The notes: generated from the letters alone by a model not told the origin. A stretch of DNA of 64,000 bases from an uncultured Gemmatimonadales bacterium (GCA_963825055.1 CAWGSK010000012.1:32001-96000); one strand, 5' to 3'. Shown: positions 20,607-31,377, counted from the first letter of the stretch. Made by a program: numbers and translations.

Positions 20607-21357
20607 CGAGCACCGCGTCCAGCGCCTGCGCGGGAGCCCCGCCGGTCACCTTCAGGAAGATGCCCTCGAGACTCATCCCGGCGGACCCGGTCTGGGCCTG
20701 GAGGTCCGCAAGGGTTCCGGCTCCCACGATCTGTCCGCCCTGGATGATGGCGATCCGGTCGCACACGCTCTCCGCGACCTCGAGCGTGTGGGTACTCATC
20801 AGCACGGTGCCGCCCCGGTCCACGAAACCGCGGAACAGGTCCTTCAGCAGTCGCGCGCTCTTGGGGTCGAGTCCGACCATCGGCTCGTCCACCACGATCA
20901 CCTCGGGACGATGCACCAGGGCGCTCGCGATGATCACCTTCTGGCGCATGCCGTGGCTGTACGACTCGATGAGCTCATCCTTCCACCGGTCCAGTTCGAA
21001 GAGCCCGAGCAGCTCCACCGCCCGCCGTTCCACCGTCGGCCCCTCCTGCCCGAAGAGCGCGGCGACGAACCGGAGGAATTCGAGGCCGGTGAGCTTTTCG
21101 TAGACGTACGGCCGGTCCGGGATGAAGCCGAGCCGGGCCTTCGCCGCCATCGGCTGGCGCTGGATGTCGTCACCCCCGATCGTCACGGTGCCGCTCGTGG
21201 GTCTCAGGATGCCGGCAATCATGCGCAGCGTCGAGGTCTTGCCGGCGCCATTCGGGCCCAGGAAGCCGAAGAGCTGCCCTGCCGGGATGTCCAGCGAGAT
21301 CCCGTCGACGGCGGTGAACTGGCCGTAGCGCTTGGTGAGTTCGATCAGGCGGATCAT
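20599..21357 (-). CDS. ABC transporter ATP-binding protein
   Basis: GPNGAGKTS, YSHGMRQK signature, VDEP, H-loop STH. Confidence 0.95.
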   Translation of the reverse strand: MIRLIELTKRYGQFTAVDGISLDIPAGQLFGFLGPNGAGKTSTLRMIAGILRPTSGTVTIGGDDIQRQPMAAKARLGFIPDRPYVYEKLTGLEFLRFVAALFGQEGPTVERRAVELLGLFELDRWKDELIESYSHGMRQKVIIASALVHRPEVIVVDEPMVGLDPKSARLLKDLFRGFVDRGGTVLMSTHTLEVAESVCDRIAIIQGGQIVGAGTLADLQAQTGSAGMSLEGIFLKVTGGAPAQALDAVLDG

Positions 21358-22898
21358 GGCGTGCCGGAAGCAGGGGTGGTCCAGAGCCGGAGTCCCCCGA
21401 TCAGGGGAAGCAGGACGTCGAGCCGGGCCCGTCCGTCCGTGGCGAGGCGGATATGGCGCGCGTCAACCGGGAACTGTCCCAGCAGCGGGTCCACCTCCAC
21501 CCACCCGTCCAGGTAGAGCTCCGTCCAGCTGTGAAGGTAGAACCGTCCGCCCACCTGCAGGAGGCCCGACACGGGACGCGCCGGGATTCCCGCGGCGCGT
21601 GCCATCGCCGTGAGGACCAGCGCGTGCCCGTCCGCATCCCCCCGGCCGGCGTCGAGCACCGTCCGGGCGCTCGCCGGGCCCGCCGGCGCATCCCGCAGGC
21701 GGCGGTCCACCCAGGCCGTGAGCCGTCGCGCAACGGTGACCGGGTCCGCAGCGCGACCGGCGGCCCGGAGGCTCAGGGCGATCACGGTTGAGTCCGTCGA
21801 TTCGACCCACGGGTCCGGGGCCAGCCACCGCGCCAGCGAGTCGCGGGTCGCGCTGTCGGGCGGAGCGGCAGTTCCCGGTGCCTCGCCGGCAACGACGGTG
21901 AGCTGGTCGCCGGTCCAGTGATTGCGCGCGCTGTGCAGGGCATCGAATCCCATCGTGTCGAGGGTGCGTTCCGGGGTGCCAATGTGGACGGTCAGCTGGT
22001 TCCGTCGCGTGCGATCCGGCGGGTGGCCCGCCTCGAGGGCGGTGGCGAACTCCGGCAGCCGGTCGGAGGCTGAGGTGGCCCGCCGGCGCCGACGGAGCCG
22101 GTAGTTCGTGTTCACCATCTCGAACGCCGACCGGGTCAGGACGAGCCCCGGCATCCCGAACCCCAGGGTGGTCCGGCCGTAACGGTCCAGGGCCCGGGTT
22201 CCGGGGAGGTCACTGCGATGCACGTCCCACACCAGCACGGAATCGATGGTGGCGGCGTCCCAGATGCCGGTTGCCTCGTTGAACTCCGCGCTGTCCACCA
22301 CCGCAACCCGGTGCGACGGCCCTACGGTGAACCTGACGGTGTCCACGGTAAGCCTGATCGGATCAAACACGGGAACCTCGGTCACGAGGCCGGGCTGCAG
22401 CCGGCCACGCGCCGCGAGCCACCAGGCAGCGGCGACCAGGGGAACCGGCCTGGTGCCGAGGGCGAGCTCCCATTCCCGGGCGTGGTCGCCCTCGCCGGCC
22501 CTGACCCGGAGGAGGGTGTCGCCCTCCGCGACCCCGGCAATCGGAAAATTGCCTCCAGTCGTGGGCAGGGTCAGGCGCCAGCTCAGCAGCCGCAGGTCCG
22601 GCGAGAGTTCGTAGTCGGCCAGGATCGTGGCTCTCGTGGCCGCGCCGGTGCGCGGCAGGTCCACGCCGGTGCGCTCGGTGACGCGAAACCCGCTGGCGGT
22701 GGTGTCCACGGTCAGCGAGGCAACGCCGATCTGGCTCCCTGCCGCGCGCACGCCGTAGAAAATGGTTTCCGGAGGCAGGAGTGTCCCGCCGTCACGGTCG
22801 AACGGGTCCAGCGCGCTTTCCCGCTCGCGGAAGGTCAGCCAGCCGAGGCTGCCGAACCAGGACGTTAGAATGAGCCACGCGAGGACCCGACGGTTCAA
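21354..22898 (-). CDS. Transglutaminase-like domain protein (catalytic Cys position is Ala)
   Basis: N-terminal anchor; C-terminal GDADGHA...ARAAGIPAR...HSWTE...WVEVDP. Confidence 0.8.
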   Translation of the reverse strand: MNRRVLAWLILTSWFGSLGWLTFRERESALDPFDRDGGTLLPPETIFYGVRAAGSQIGVASLTVDTTASGFRVTERTGVDLPRTGAATRATILADYELSPDLRLLSWRLTLPTTGGNFPIAGVAEGDTLLRVRAGEGDHAREWELALGTRPVPLVAAAWWLAARGRLQPGLVTEVPVFDPIRLTVDTVRFTVGPSHRVAVVDSAEFNEATGIWDAATIDSVLVWDVHRSDLPGTRALDRYGRTTLGFGMPGLVLTRSAFEMVNTNYRLRRRRRATSASDRLPEFATALEAGHPPDRTRRNQLTVHIGTPERTLDTMGFDALHSARNHWTGDQLTVVAGEAPGTAAPPDSATRDSLARWLAPDPWVESTDSTVIALSLRAAGRAADPVTVARRLTAWVDRRLRDAPAGPASARTVLDAGRGDADGHALVLTAMARAAGIPARPVSGLLQVGGRFYLHSWTELYLDGWVEVDPLLGQFPVDARHIRLATDGRARLDVLLPLIGGLRLWTTPASGTP

Positions 22899-23392
22899 CG
22901 CGGGATGCTCCCGGTCACGGCCTCGACAGCGGACCGGTCGCCGTCACGCTCCAGGACGACCACCAGCTCGGCGGGGAATTCGGTGGTACCGCGTGCCCGG
23001 AACGTGTCGCGGAGAAGGCTGGCGGCATCCTCGACGCCCAGCGCCGGGCCGGTGCCGACGAGCGGCGCGGCGAGCTTGACGAGGCGCCAGTCGGCGGCCC
23101 GTTGCCATGCGGAAACCAGCGCGCGCCGCACCGTCTCCGGACCCGGCGGCGTGGTGTCGCTCTGGATCACGAGGTGGATGACCAGATTGGCTTCGAGGTC
23201 GCCGCCCCCGGTGATGACGGCGGCGCCCACGTCGAGGGGGGACTGGAGCCGGCGCTGGGCGGCGAAGGCGTCGCCGCCCTGCCGGTCGAGCCGGAGGATG
23301 GCGGGGCTGGTCGCCTCCAGCCGGTCGTTGCACGGCCGGAGCACGGCATCCGCCGCCATGAACGCGAGGTCGTCCACGGCGACGTGGATCAC
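22895..23392 (-). CDS. Macro-domain-like protein (degenerate motifs)
   Basis: DLAFMAADAVL, VGAAVITGGGDL.ANLVIH, PLVGTG; the GTG start overlaps the TPR gene stop. Confidence 0.7.
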   Translation of the reverse strand: MIHVAVDDLAFMAADAVLRPCNDRLEATSPAILRLDRQGGDAFAAQRRLQSPLDVGAAVITGGGDLEANLVIHLVIQSDTTPPGPETVRRALVSAWQRAADWRLVKLAAPLVGTGPALGVEDAASLLRDTFRARGTTEFPAELVVVLERDGDRSAVEAVTGSIPR

Positions 23393-24183
23393 GTCGTCTC
23401 GAGCTCCCGTGCCTGGCGGTACATCTCCAGGGCCTCGGTCGGCCGGTTCATGCGGTCGAACACCCGGCCGAGCATGTAAAAGGTGCGGCCGTTCGGTTCC
23501 AGGTGGGCGGAACGCTCCAGCGCGAACTGCGCGCCTGCATGATCGCCGGTGTGGTTCAGCGCCTCGCCGAGGTAGTACCACGCCGCCGCGTTGGATTCGT
23601 CGTGGTCCAGCGCGCGGCGGAACGCATCGGCGGCAGGCTCCGGCAGCCCGCGGCGCCAGTAGACCATTCCGAGGTTGAAATGCGCATCGGCGCTGGACGG
23701 CGCCAGCCGGATGGCGCGCCTGAGGTCGGCCTCGGCGTCGTCGTACTGCTTCATGCCCGCGCGGATGGCCGCGCGGTTCACCAGCAGCTCCACCTGGTCG
23801 GGATGGTACCGCAGCGCGGCGCTGAGCTCGTCCAGCGCCATGGCCGGTTCGCCCGCGCGTTCCAGGAGCAGGGCAAGGTTGTTGTGGGCCCCGGCGTGGC
23901 CCGGTTCGAGCACGAGCATTTCCCGATAGAGCTGAATGGCCTCCGTCCACCGTCCGCGCCGGGCCGCCTCGCCCGCACGCTGGTAGAAGCGTTCCGCCTC
24001 GGTGCCGTCGGCCGGGCCGGGCTCGGCGGAACCGTTGCCCGAGGGCTCTGACGCAAAAGGACGCATTGAGAAGTGGAGATCCACGTTCCGGCTTACGGGG
24101 TCTGCCTCCAGCCCCCCGGTGCCAAAAAGCTCAAGGTGGGCCTGCTCGCGCCCGCTGGTCCGGCTGTGACGGGCTCGACGCAT
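23389..24183 (-). CDS. Tetratricopeptide repeat protein (start uncertain)
   Basis: About six TPR units (AHNNLA, AHFNLG, AWYYLG, FYMLG). Confidence 0.85.
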   Translation of the reverse strand: MRRARHSRTSGREQAHLELFGTGGLEADPVSRNVDLHFSMRPFASEPSGNGSAEPGPADGTEAERFYQRAGEAARRGRWTEAIQLYREMLVLEPGHAGAHNNLALLLERAGEPAMALDELSAALRYHPDQVELLVNRAAIRAGMKQYDDAEADLRRAIRLAPSSADAHFNLGMVYWRRGLPEPAADAFRRALDHDESNAAAWYYLGEALNHTGDHAGAQFALERSAHLEPNGRTFYMLGRVFDRMNRPTEALEMYRQARELETT

Positions 24184-24300
24184 GCACGCACTCCCGATGA
24201 TTAAAGGGAAAGGCCGGCGGATGGAGGACAGGCGCCCGCCGGCAGGTGACGCTTCGGAAGTCTAGAAAGTTAGCAGGGAAACGGGAAGGCATGACCGCGC

Positions 24301-24376
24301 TGTCCGTCAGGTCCGTCCGGTCCGCCCGGTCCGGCCTGTCCGCCCTGTCCGTCCTGGTCCGTCCTGTCCGCCCTGT
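24301..24376. repeat. Nonamer tandem repeat (~8 x KGTCCGYCC) upstream of uvrA
   Basis: tgtccgtca ggtccgtcc ggtccgccc ggtccggcc tgtccgccc tgtccgtcc ... Confidence 0.85.
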
Positions 24377-24406
24377 TGTATATCGACCTCGCCACCCATA
24401 CGTTTC

Positions 24407-27277
24407 ATGGCTATGCCGGAAGAGTCGCTGGTCGTCCGAGGGGCGCGGGAACACAATCTGCAGAACGTGACGGTCCGGATTCCCCGGAATGAGCTCACGG
24501 TCATTACCGGCCTCTCCGGGTCGGGCAAGTCCTCCCTGGCGTTCGATACGATTTATGCCGAAGGCCAGCGGCGGTACGTCGAGTCGCTGTCCGCCTATGC
24601 CCGCCAGTTCCTCGGGCTCATGGAGAAGCCCGACGTCGATGCGATCGAGGGCCTCTCCCCGGCCATTTCCATCGAGCAGAAGAGCGCCGGCCAGAATCCG
24701 CGCTCGACCGTCGGCACCGTCACCGAGGTCTATGACTACCTGCGCCTGCTCTGGGCCCGGGTGGGCGTACCCCACTGTCCGAACGACGGATCCCCGGTTG
24801 AGCGGCAGAGCGCCACCCAGATCACCGACACCATCCTCCAGTGGCCCGAAGGCACCCGGCTCGAGATACTTGCGCCGCTGGTGCAGGGGAGGAAGGGTGA
24901 GTTCCGCGAGCTCTTCGAGGAGGCCCGGAAGAAGGGGTTCGTGCGGGTCCGGGTGGACGGCGAGACGTACGACCTGTCCGACGTACCCGCCCTGAACCGG
25001 CGGCGCAACCATGATATCGCACTGGTGGTGGACCGCCTCGCGGTGAAGCCCGAGGATCGCTCGCGCCTGGCCGACTCGGTTGAGACGGCCCTCCGTGCAG
25101 CCGAGGGCGTGGTGGAGGCATGGCGCTACCCGGAAGGCGGAGAGCCGGAGCGCGTGATGTTCTCGGAGCGCTTCGCCTGTCCGGTCTGCGGCCTGAGCCT
25201 GCCGGAGCTCGAGCCCCGCCAGTTCAGCTTCAACTCCCCGTTCGGGATCTGCCCCGACTGTCACGGCCTCGGGACCCGGCGCGAGGTGAATGTCGACCTG
25301 GTCCTGGGCGATCCGAGTATCTCGATCCTTGAGGGCGTCATCCTCCCGTGGGGCGAGCCCAGCGGGTACCTGCGCAAGGTGGTGCTGCCGACCCTGGCCG
25401 AGGCGCTGCGGTTCGACCTGGCCGCGCCATGGGGGGAAATCCCGGAGGGAGTGCGCCACCAGATCCTCTACGGACTCCCCGGGCGGACTCTCAAGTTTGC
25501 GACGTCGGGGTCACGCTCGGGCCGGGAGTACGAGAGCGAATGGGAAGGCGTGCTGGCCAACGTCCAGCGGCGCTACCGGGAGAGCAGCAGCGATTCCGCC
25601 CGGACCTCCCTCGAGGAGTACATGGTTGAACAGCCGTGTCCCGCGTGCGGGGGGAAGCGGCTCAAGCCCGAGAGCCTCGCGGTGCTGGTCCACGGGCGGA
25701 GTATCGGGGATATCGTCGAGCTGCCGGTCAGCCGCGCGCTGGCGTTCTTCGAGAGCATTCCGCTCCGGAGCGGCCGCCGCCCCGGCGTGGACCCGGATAT
25801 CGCCGGGCCCATCCTGAAGGAGGTCCGTGACCGCCTGCGCTTCCTCCGCGACGTGGGCCTCGACTACCTCACCCTTGGCCGTGGCGCCGCCTCGCTCTCG
25901 GGTGGCGAAGCGCAGCGGATCCGGCTCGCCACCCAGATCGGCTCCCGGCTGGTCGGGGTGCTCTACATCCTGGACGAGCCCAGCATCGGGCTGCACCAGC
26001 GGGACAACGCGCGCCTGCTCGAGACCCTGCGGGATCTGCGCGACCTCGGCAACACGGTGATCGTGGTCGAGCACGACGAGGACACCATCCGCGCGGCGGA
26101 CCACGTGATTGACCTTGGCCCGGGCGCGGGCCGCTTCGGCGGCCGGGTGGTGGCGGAGGGCAGCGTCGCCGACCTGCTCCAGGCCCCCGACTCGCTCACT
26201 GCCCGCTACCTGCGCGGAGACCTGCGCATCCCCATACCCGCCAGGCGGAGGCCGGTGACCGGGCGAGTCCTCAGGATCGTGGACGCGGCGGAGAACAACC
26301 TGCAGGACCTGACCGTGGAAGTCCCCCTCGGCGTCTTCGTCTCGGTCACCGGAGTTTCCGGGTCCGGGAAGTCGAGCCTGGTGACGGACATTCTCTACCG
26401 CGCGCTCGCCCGGCACTTCTACCGCGCACGCACCGTTCCCGGCCGGCACGCGCGGATCGAGGGCCTCGACGAGATCGACAAGGTGATCGAGATCGACCAG
26501 AGCCCCATCGGGCGGACGCCGCGCTCGAATCCCGCGACCTACACGGGGCTGTTCACGCCGATCCGGGAGCTGTTCGCCCAGCTGCCGGAGTCGAAGCTCC
26601 GGGGCTACGGTCCGGGACGGTTCTCGTTCAACGTGAAGGGCGGCCGCTGCGAGGCGTGCCAGGGCGACGGCCTGGTCAAGATCGAAATGCATTTCCTGCC
26701 GGACGTCTATGTGCCCTGCGAGGTCTGCAAGGGACGGCGCTACAACCGGGAGACGCTCGAGGTGCGCTACCGCGGGAAGAGCATTGCCGACGTGCTCGAC
26801 CTGACGGTGGAGGACGCGCTCGAGTTCTTCACCAGCCAGCGTCGCATTGCCGATCGTCTCGAACTCCTGAATGACGTCGGGCTGGGCTACATCCACCTGG
26901 GCCAGTCCGCCACGACCCTCTCCGGCGGCGAGGCGCAGCGGGTCAAGCTGGCCACCGAGCTGGCCAAGCGGGACACGGGCCGGACGCTGTATATCCTGGA
27001 CGAGCCTACCACCGGCCTCCACTTCGAGGATGTGCGTCTCCTGCTCAAGGTGCTGCACCGCCTGGTGGACAAGGGCAATACCGTCATCGTGATCGAGCAC
27101 AACCTGGACGTCATCAAGACGTCCGACTGGATCATCGACCTTGGCCCCGAAGGCGGGGACGCCGGCGGACGGATCGTGGCGGCCGGTACCCCGGAAGACG
27201 TGGCCGGGGTGGACGAGAGCCATACGGGGCAGTTCCTCGCGCCCCTCCTTGGCAGCGGGGCAGGAGTCGGCGCCTGA
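24407..27277 (+). CDS. uvrA: Excinuclease ABC subunit A
   Basis: GAREHNL, two ABC cassettes ([26 protein letters not shown] x2), zinc fingers. Confidence 0.98.
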   Translation: MAMPEESLVVRGAREHNLQNVTVRIPRNELTVITGLSGSGKSSLAFDTIYAEGQRRYVESLSAYARQFLGLMEKPDVDAIEGLSPAISIEQKSAGQNPRSTVGTVTEVYDYLRLLWARVGVPHCPNDGSPVERQSATQITDTILQWPEGTRLEILAPLVQGRKGEFRELFEEARKKGFVRVRVDGETYDLSDVPALNRRRNHDIALVVDRLAVKPEDRSRLADSVETALRAAEGVVEAWRYPEGGEPERVMFSERFACPVCGLSLPELEPRQFSFNSPFGICPDCHGLGTRREVNVDLVLGDPSISILEGVILPWGEPSGYLRKVVLPTLAEALRFDLAAPWGEIPEGVRHQILYGLPGRTLKFATSGSRSGREYESEWEGVLANVQRRYRESSSDSARTSLEEYMVEQPCPACGGKRLKPESLAVLVHGRSIGDIVELPVSRALAFFESIPLRSGRRPGVDPDIAGPILKEVRDRLRFLRDVGLDYLTLGRGAASLSGGEAQRIRLATQIGSRLVGVLYILDEPSIGLHQRDNARLLETLRDLRDLGNTVIVVEHDEDTIRAADHVIDLGPGAGRFGGRVVAEGSVADLLQAPDSLTARYLRGDLRIPIPARRRPVTGRVLRIVDAAENNLQDLTVEVPLGVFVSVTGVSGSGKSSLVTDILYRALARHFYRARTVPGRHARIEGLDEIDKVIEIDQSPIGRTPRSNPATYTGLFTPIRELFAQLPESKLRGYGPGRFSFNVKGGRCEACQGDGLVKIEMHFLPDVYVPCEVCKGRRYNRETLEVRYRGKSIADVLDLTVEDALEFFTSQRRIADRLELLNDVGLGYIHLGQSATTLSGGEAQRVKLATELAKRDTGRTLYILDEPTTGLHFEDVRLLLKVLHRLVDKGNTVIVIEHNLDVIKTSDWIIDLGPEGGDAGGRIVAAGTPEDVAGVDESHTGQFLAPLLGSGAGVGA

Positions 27278-27327
27278 GCCCTCCAGGGGGTGAACCCGCG
27301 CGCCCCGCGCTCTCCGGCCCTCACCGG

Positions 27328-28500
27328 CTGTCTCCCACCGTCCGCCGGCTCGGCTGGGCCAGTTTCTTCAACGATGTCGCCAGCGAGATGAGCTACGCCC
27401 TGCTGCCCGGCTTCCTGCTCGGGTTGCCCGGGGGAAGCACCGTGGTGCTGGGCGCGATCGAGGGCGCGGCCGATACCGTCTCCGGTTTGATACGGATCTG
27501 GTCGGGCGTCTGGTCGGATCGCCTCAGTCGGCGGAAACAGCTGGTGCTCTGGGGCTACGCGGCGGCGGTGGTGGCGCGCCCACTGACCGGACTGGCGACC
27601 GCGGCGTGGCACCTCGTGCCGATCCGCATTGTGGATCGCACCGGGAAGGGTTTCCGGTCCGCGCCCCGGGACGCGATGATCGTCGACGCCACACCGGCCG
27701 GCGCCCGCGGCGCCGCGTTCGGGTTCCAGCGGGCGATGGACCATCTGGGAGCGGCCGTGGGCCCGCTCCTGGCGGTGGGATTCCTGCTTCTCTGGCCGGG
27801 GCAGGTCCGGACGCTGTTCGTCGCGACGATCGTGCCCGGTGCCGTGGTGCTCGTCCTCCTGGCCACGTTGCGCGAGCCCTCGCGCGCGACGGTCGCCCAA
27901 CCCGGGCCGCGGATCCCCGCGCCCCCGATCGGCCGTCCCCTCCGGCGGTATCTGGTAGCACTCCTCGTGTTCACGTTCGGGAATGCCAGCGATGCCTTTC
28001 TCCTCGTGCGCGCGCGTGAACTTGGTATTGCCACCGCCGCTCTTCCGTTGCTCTGGTCCATGTTTCATGTCGTGAAGAGTGCCGGCAGCGGGTACGCCGG
28101 ACGGCTGGCCGACCGGATCGACCCCCGCCACCTGATCCATGCCGGCTGGGCACTGTATGCGGCGGTGTATGCGGGGTTTGCCCTCAGCGCCGCCGCCTGG
28201 CACATCTGGGGTCTGTTCGCCCTGTACGGCGTGTTCCACGCCCTCACCGAGCCGGCCGAGCGTGCCATGGTGGCGCGTCTCGCTGATCTCCGGGGGATCG
28301 GACGCGCCTACGGATGGTACAACGGCGCCCTGGTGGCCGGGGCGCTGCCGGCCAGCCTGCTCTTCGGATGGCTGTACGGGCACTTCGGAGCCCCGGCTGC
28401 GTTCGGCGCCGCCGCGGCCTTCGCCATCGCAGGCACCGTCCTGCTCGGGTTGCTGCGGCCGACTCCTCCCTCCGGTATGGGGGCCGGCGTCGGTGCCTGA
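27328..28500 (+). CDS. MFS transporter (start uncertain; frame is open upstream of ATG 27388)
   Basis: LGWASFFNDVASEM, GVWSDRLSRRK motif A, RTGKGFRSAPRDA, about 12 TM helices. Confidence 0.88.
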   Translation: MSPTVRRLGWASFFNDVASEMSYALLPGFLLGLPGGSTVVLGAIEGAADTVSGLIRIWSGVWSDRLSRRKQLVLWGYAAAVVARPLTGLATAAWHLVPIRIVDRTGKGFRSAPRDAMIVDATPAGARGAAFGFQRAMDHLGAAVGPLLAVGFLLLWPGQVRTLFVATIVPGAVVLVLLATLREPSRATVAQPGPRIPAPPIGRPLRRYLVALLVFTFGNASDAFLLVRARELGIATAALPLLWSMFHVVKSAGSGYAGRLADRIDPRHLIHAGWALYAAVYAGFALSAAAWHIWGLFALYGVFHALTEPAERAMVARLADLRGIGRAYGWYNGALVAGALPASLLFGWLYGHFGAPAAFGAAAAFAIAGTVLLGLLRPTPPSGMGAGVGA

Positions 28501-28584
28501 CCGGGCGTCCCTCCCGCTCTTCCTCCACCTGCCTATCTTTGGGACAGGCGATCCTTCTGGTGTGACCTCCCGCAGGGGTGTGGC

Positions 28585-28836
28585 ATGAACGGCGCCGAGG
28601 TTCTGGTCCCCATCACGTTGTTTGTGTCGATCGCGGCAATCTTCATCCTCCGCGGCCCGCTCGGGCGGGCGATGGCCGACCGCCTCGCCGGCCGGCACCA
28701 GCCCGGCCCCGAGCTTGAGGACATGCGCGAGGAACTGCTCGAACTTCGCGATCGCCTGGCCGAAGCGGAGGAACGCCTCGACTTCAACGAACGGCTGCTC
28801 TCGCGCGGTGCGCCCGACAACCCTCCGCGGACCTGA
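28585..28836 (+). CDS. Small TM + coiled-coil protein, PspB-like paralog (dispersed copy)
   Basis: TM, LRGPLGRAMADRL and EAEERLDFNERLL; same motifs as the 33.0-34.5 kb array. Confidence 0.75.
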   Translation: MNGAEVLVPITLFVSIAAIFILRGPLGRAMADRLAGRHQPGPELEDMREELLELRDRLAEAEERLDFNERLLSRGAPDNPPRT

Positions 28837-31133
28837 TGGCCCGCCCTCTCCTTCCCTCACCTCCCAGGCCCATGACCAGACTCCGCCCGTGGTTCGCCGC
28901 CATCCTGCTCCTCGTCGTTGCCACTCCCGTCCTGGCCGCACAGGAGGCCGACTCCTCGCTCCTCACCGTACACCGGGTCTGGGGCTCCGCGGACTTCCGC
29001 GGCGAATCGTTCGGGCCCGCTCGCTGGCTGAAGGACGGCGCCGCCTATACAACGCTGGAGAAGTCGAAGGACGGATCGGGACGGGACATCGTCCGCTACG
29101 ACACGAAGTCGGGTGATCGCACGGTGCTGGTGACCGCGGCGAATCTCACGCCGAAGGGTGACACGACGGCGTTGTCCATCGAGGGGTACAGCTGGTCGGA
29201 CGACATGCGCCGGCTCCTGGTCTACACCAACTCCGCGCGCGTGTGGCGCCAGAACACGCGCGGCGACTACTGGGTCCTGGACCGGGAGACCGGTGCGCTC
29301 CGGCAGCTCGGCGGCCCCGGTGCCGAGCCGTCCACGCTCATGTTCGCGAAGTTCTCCCCCGACGGGGGCCGCGTTGGCTACGTCCGGAAGAATGATCTGT
29401 ATGTCGAGGATCTGGCGACCGGCACCATTACCCGCCTGACGCGCGACGGTTCCCGTACAGTCATCAACGGCACATTCGACTGGGTCTATGAGGAAGAGCT
29501 GGGCCTGCGGGACGGGTGGCGCTGGAGTCCCGACGGCAGTCGCGTCGCCTACTGGCAGCTCAACGCCGACAGCGTGCGGGACTTCGCACTGGTCAACACG
29601 ACCGACTCCCTCTATGCCCAGGTGGAGGAGATCCAGTACCCGAAGGCAGGCGAAAGCAACTCCGCCGCCCGCGTCGGCGTGGTGCCCTCGACGGGCGGTG
29701 CCACCACGTGGATCGACCTCGCGGGAGACCCGCGCAACCACTATCCCGCGCGGGTCGGCTGGGCCTCGAATAGCACTGAGTTGTACATCGAGCGGCTCAA
29801 CCGCCTGCAGAACACCAGCCACCTGCTCCTCGCCGACGCCCGGACCGGGGCGGCGCGGACGATCCTCACCGAGCAGGACAGCGCGTGGGTGGAGGTGGTG
29901 GATGACATCACCTGGGTCAACGAGGGGAAGAATTTTCTCTGGCTGAGCGAGCGTGACGGCTGGAACCACGCGTACCTGGTGAGCCGGGACGGCCGGTCCG
30001 TCCGCCTGCTGACCCCCGGCGACTACGACATCGCGGGCATCGAGGGCGTGGACGCGAAGGGTGGCTGGCTCTACTATCGCGCGTCGCCCGGCAATCCGAC
30101 CCAGCGATACCTCTACCGCGCCAGGCTGGACGGGAAGGGCAGGCCCGAGCGGCTGACACCGGAGCGATTCAGCGGTACCAACAGCTATGATATCGCGCCC
30201 GGCTACGGCTACGCCTTCCACACGCACTCCTCCTTCGGCGACCCGCCGGTCATGAGCCTCATCACCCTGCCGAAGCACGAGATCGTGCGCACGCTGGTTG
30301 AAAACCGGAAGCTCCACGACGCCGTGGCGGCGCTCCGTCGCGGCCCGCAGGAGTTCGTGAAGGTCAAGGCCGACAGCCAGACGTTCAACGCCTGGGTCAT
30401 GAAGCCGGTCGGGTTCGATGCCTCGCAGAAGTACCCGATCCTGTTCTATGTCTACGGCGGCCCCGGCTCCCAGACCGTGCTCGACAGCTGGGGCGCGGCA
30501 AACTACCTCTGGTATGTCATGCTCACCCAGCGGGGCTACGCCGTGGCCAGCGTGGACAACCGCGGCACGGGCATGCGCGGTCGCGACTGGCGCAAGATCA
30601 TTTACGGCCGCCTGGGCGTGGTCGAGACGAAGGACCAGGCCGCGGCCGCGCGGGCGATTGGCCAGTGGCCCTGGGTGGACCAGAACCGGATGGGCATCTG
30701 GGGCTGGAGTTATGGCGGGTTCATGACCCTGAACGCCATGTTCCGCGCACCGGACGTCTATCGTGCCGGCGTGGCCGTGGCGCCGGTCACCCACTGGAAG
30801 TATTACGACAACATCTACACCGAGCGCTACAACGGGCTGCCCCAGACCAATGCCGCCGGCTACGACGCAGGCAGCCCGCTCTCCCGGGCGGACAGCCTCC
30901 GGGGCGACCTGCTCGTCGTGCATGGGTCGGGCGATGACAATGTCCATTTCCAGAACACCGAGGCACTGCTCAACGCACTGGTGAAGGCGAACAAGCAGTT
31001 CCAGTTCATGGAGTATCCGAACCGCACGCACTCGATCGCGGGAGGCAATACCCGCGAGCACCTGTTCACGCTGATCACGCGATACCTGGATGAGCACCTG
31101 CGCAACCCGCGCTCCATGGCGCTGACGCCGTGA
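28836..31133 (+). CDS. S9B dipeptidyl peptidase IV family
   Basis: Signal peptide; DWVYEEE; GWSYGG nucleophile; DDNVH; NRTH. Confidence 0.95.
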   Translation: MARPLLPSPPRPMTRLRPWFAAILLLVVATPVLAAQEADSSLLTVHRVWGSADFRGESFGPARWLKDGAAYTTLEKSKDGSGRDIVRYDTKSGDRTVLVTAANLTPKGDTTALSIEGYSWSDDMRRLLVYTNSARVWRQNTRGDYWVLDRETGALRQLGGPGAEPSTLMFAKFSPDGGRVGYVRKNDLYVEDLATGTITRLTRDGSRTVINGTFDWVYEEELGLRDGWRWSPDGSRVAYWQLNADSVRDFALVNTTDSLYAQVEEIQYPKAGESNSAARVGVVPSTGGATTWIDLAGDPRNHYPARVGWASNSTELYIERLNRLQNTSHLLLADARTGAARTILTEQDSAWVEVVDDITWVNEGKNFLWLSERDGWNHAYLVSRDGRSVRLLTPGDYDIAGIEGVDAKGGWLYYRASPGNPTQRYLYRARLDGKGRPERLTPERFSGTNSYDIAPGYGYAFHTHSSFGDPPVMSLITLPKHEIVRTLVENRKLHDAVAALRRGPQEFVKVKADSQTFNAWVMKPVGFDASQKYPILFYVYGGPGSQTVLDSWGAANYLWYVMLTQRGYAVASVDNRGTGMRGRDWRKIIYGRLGVVETKDQAAAARAIGQWPWVDQNRMGIWGWSYGGFMTLNAMFRAPDVYRAGVAVAPVTHWKYYDNIYTERYNGLPQTNAAGYDAGSPLSRADSLRGDLLVVHGSGDDNVHFQNTEALLNALVKANKQFQFMEYPNRTHSIAGGNTREHLFTLITRYLDEHLRNPRSMALTP

Positions 31134-31156
31134 CGGAATGCACCACGGAGGTCCCC

Positions 31157-31375
31157 ATGAGCTTCGATGAGATCGTCTCGGTCCTGGGATTCGCCTGTGA
31201 CAATGAACGGGCGGTCCGGATCACGACGACTGACCGCACGGAGGTGATGGGAATTCCCACCACCCTGGACGCCAGCGAGGAAGGGAGCGAGGTGTTCCTG
31301 AAGCTCGCCGGCGACGACGAAACCGAGATCGCTCTGTCGCTGTCCGGGATCGCGCGCGTCGAGCTGATGGGCTGA
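31157..31375 (+). CDS. Small hypothetical protein
   Basis: GGAGG RBS, tightly packed in the operon, one helix followed by beta strands. Confidence 0.6.
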   Translation: MSFDEIVSVLGFACDNERAVRITTTDRTEVMGIPTTLDASEEGSEVFLKLAGDDETEIALSLSGIARVELMG

Positions 31376-31377
31376 GC

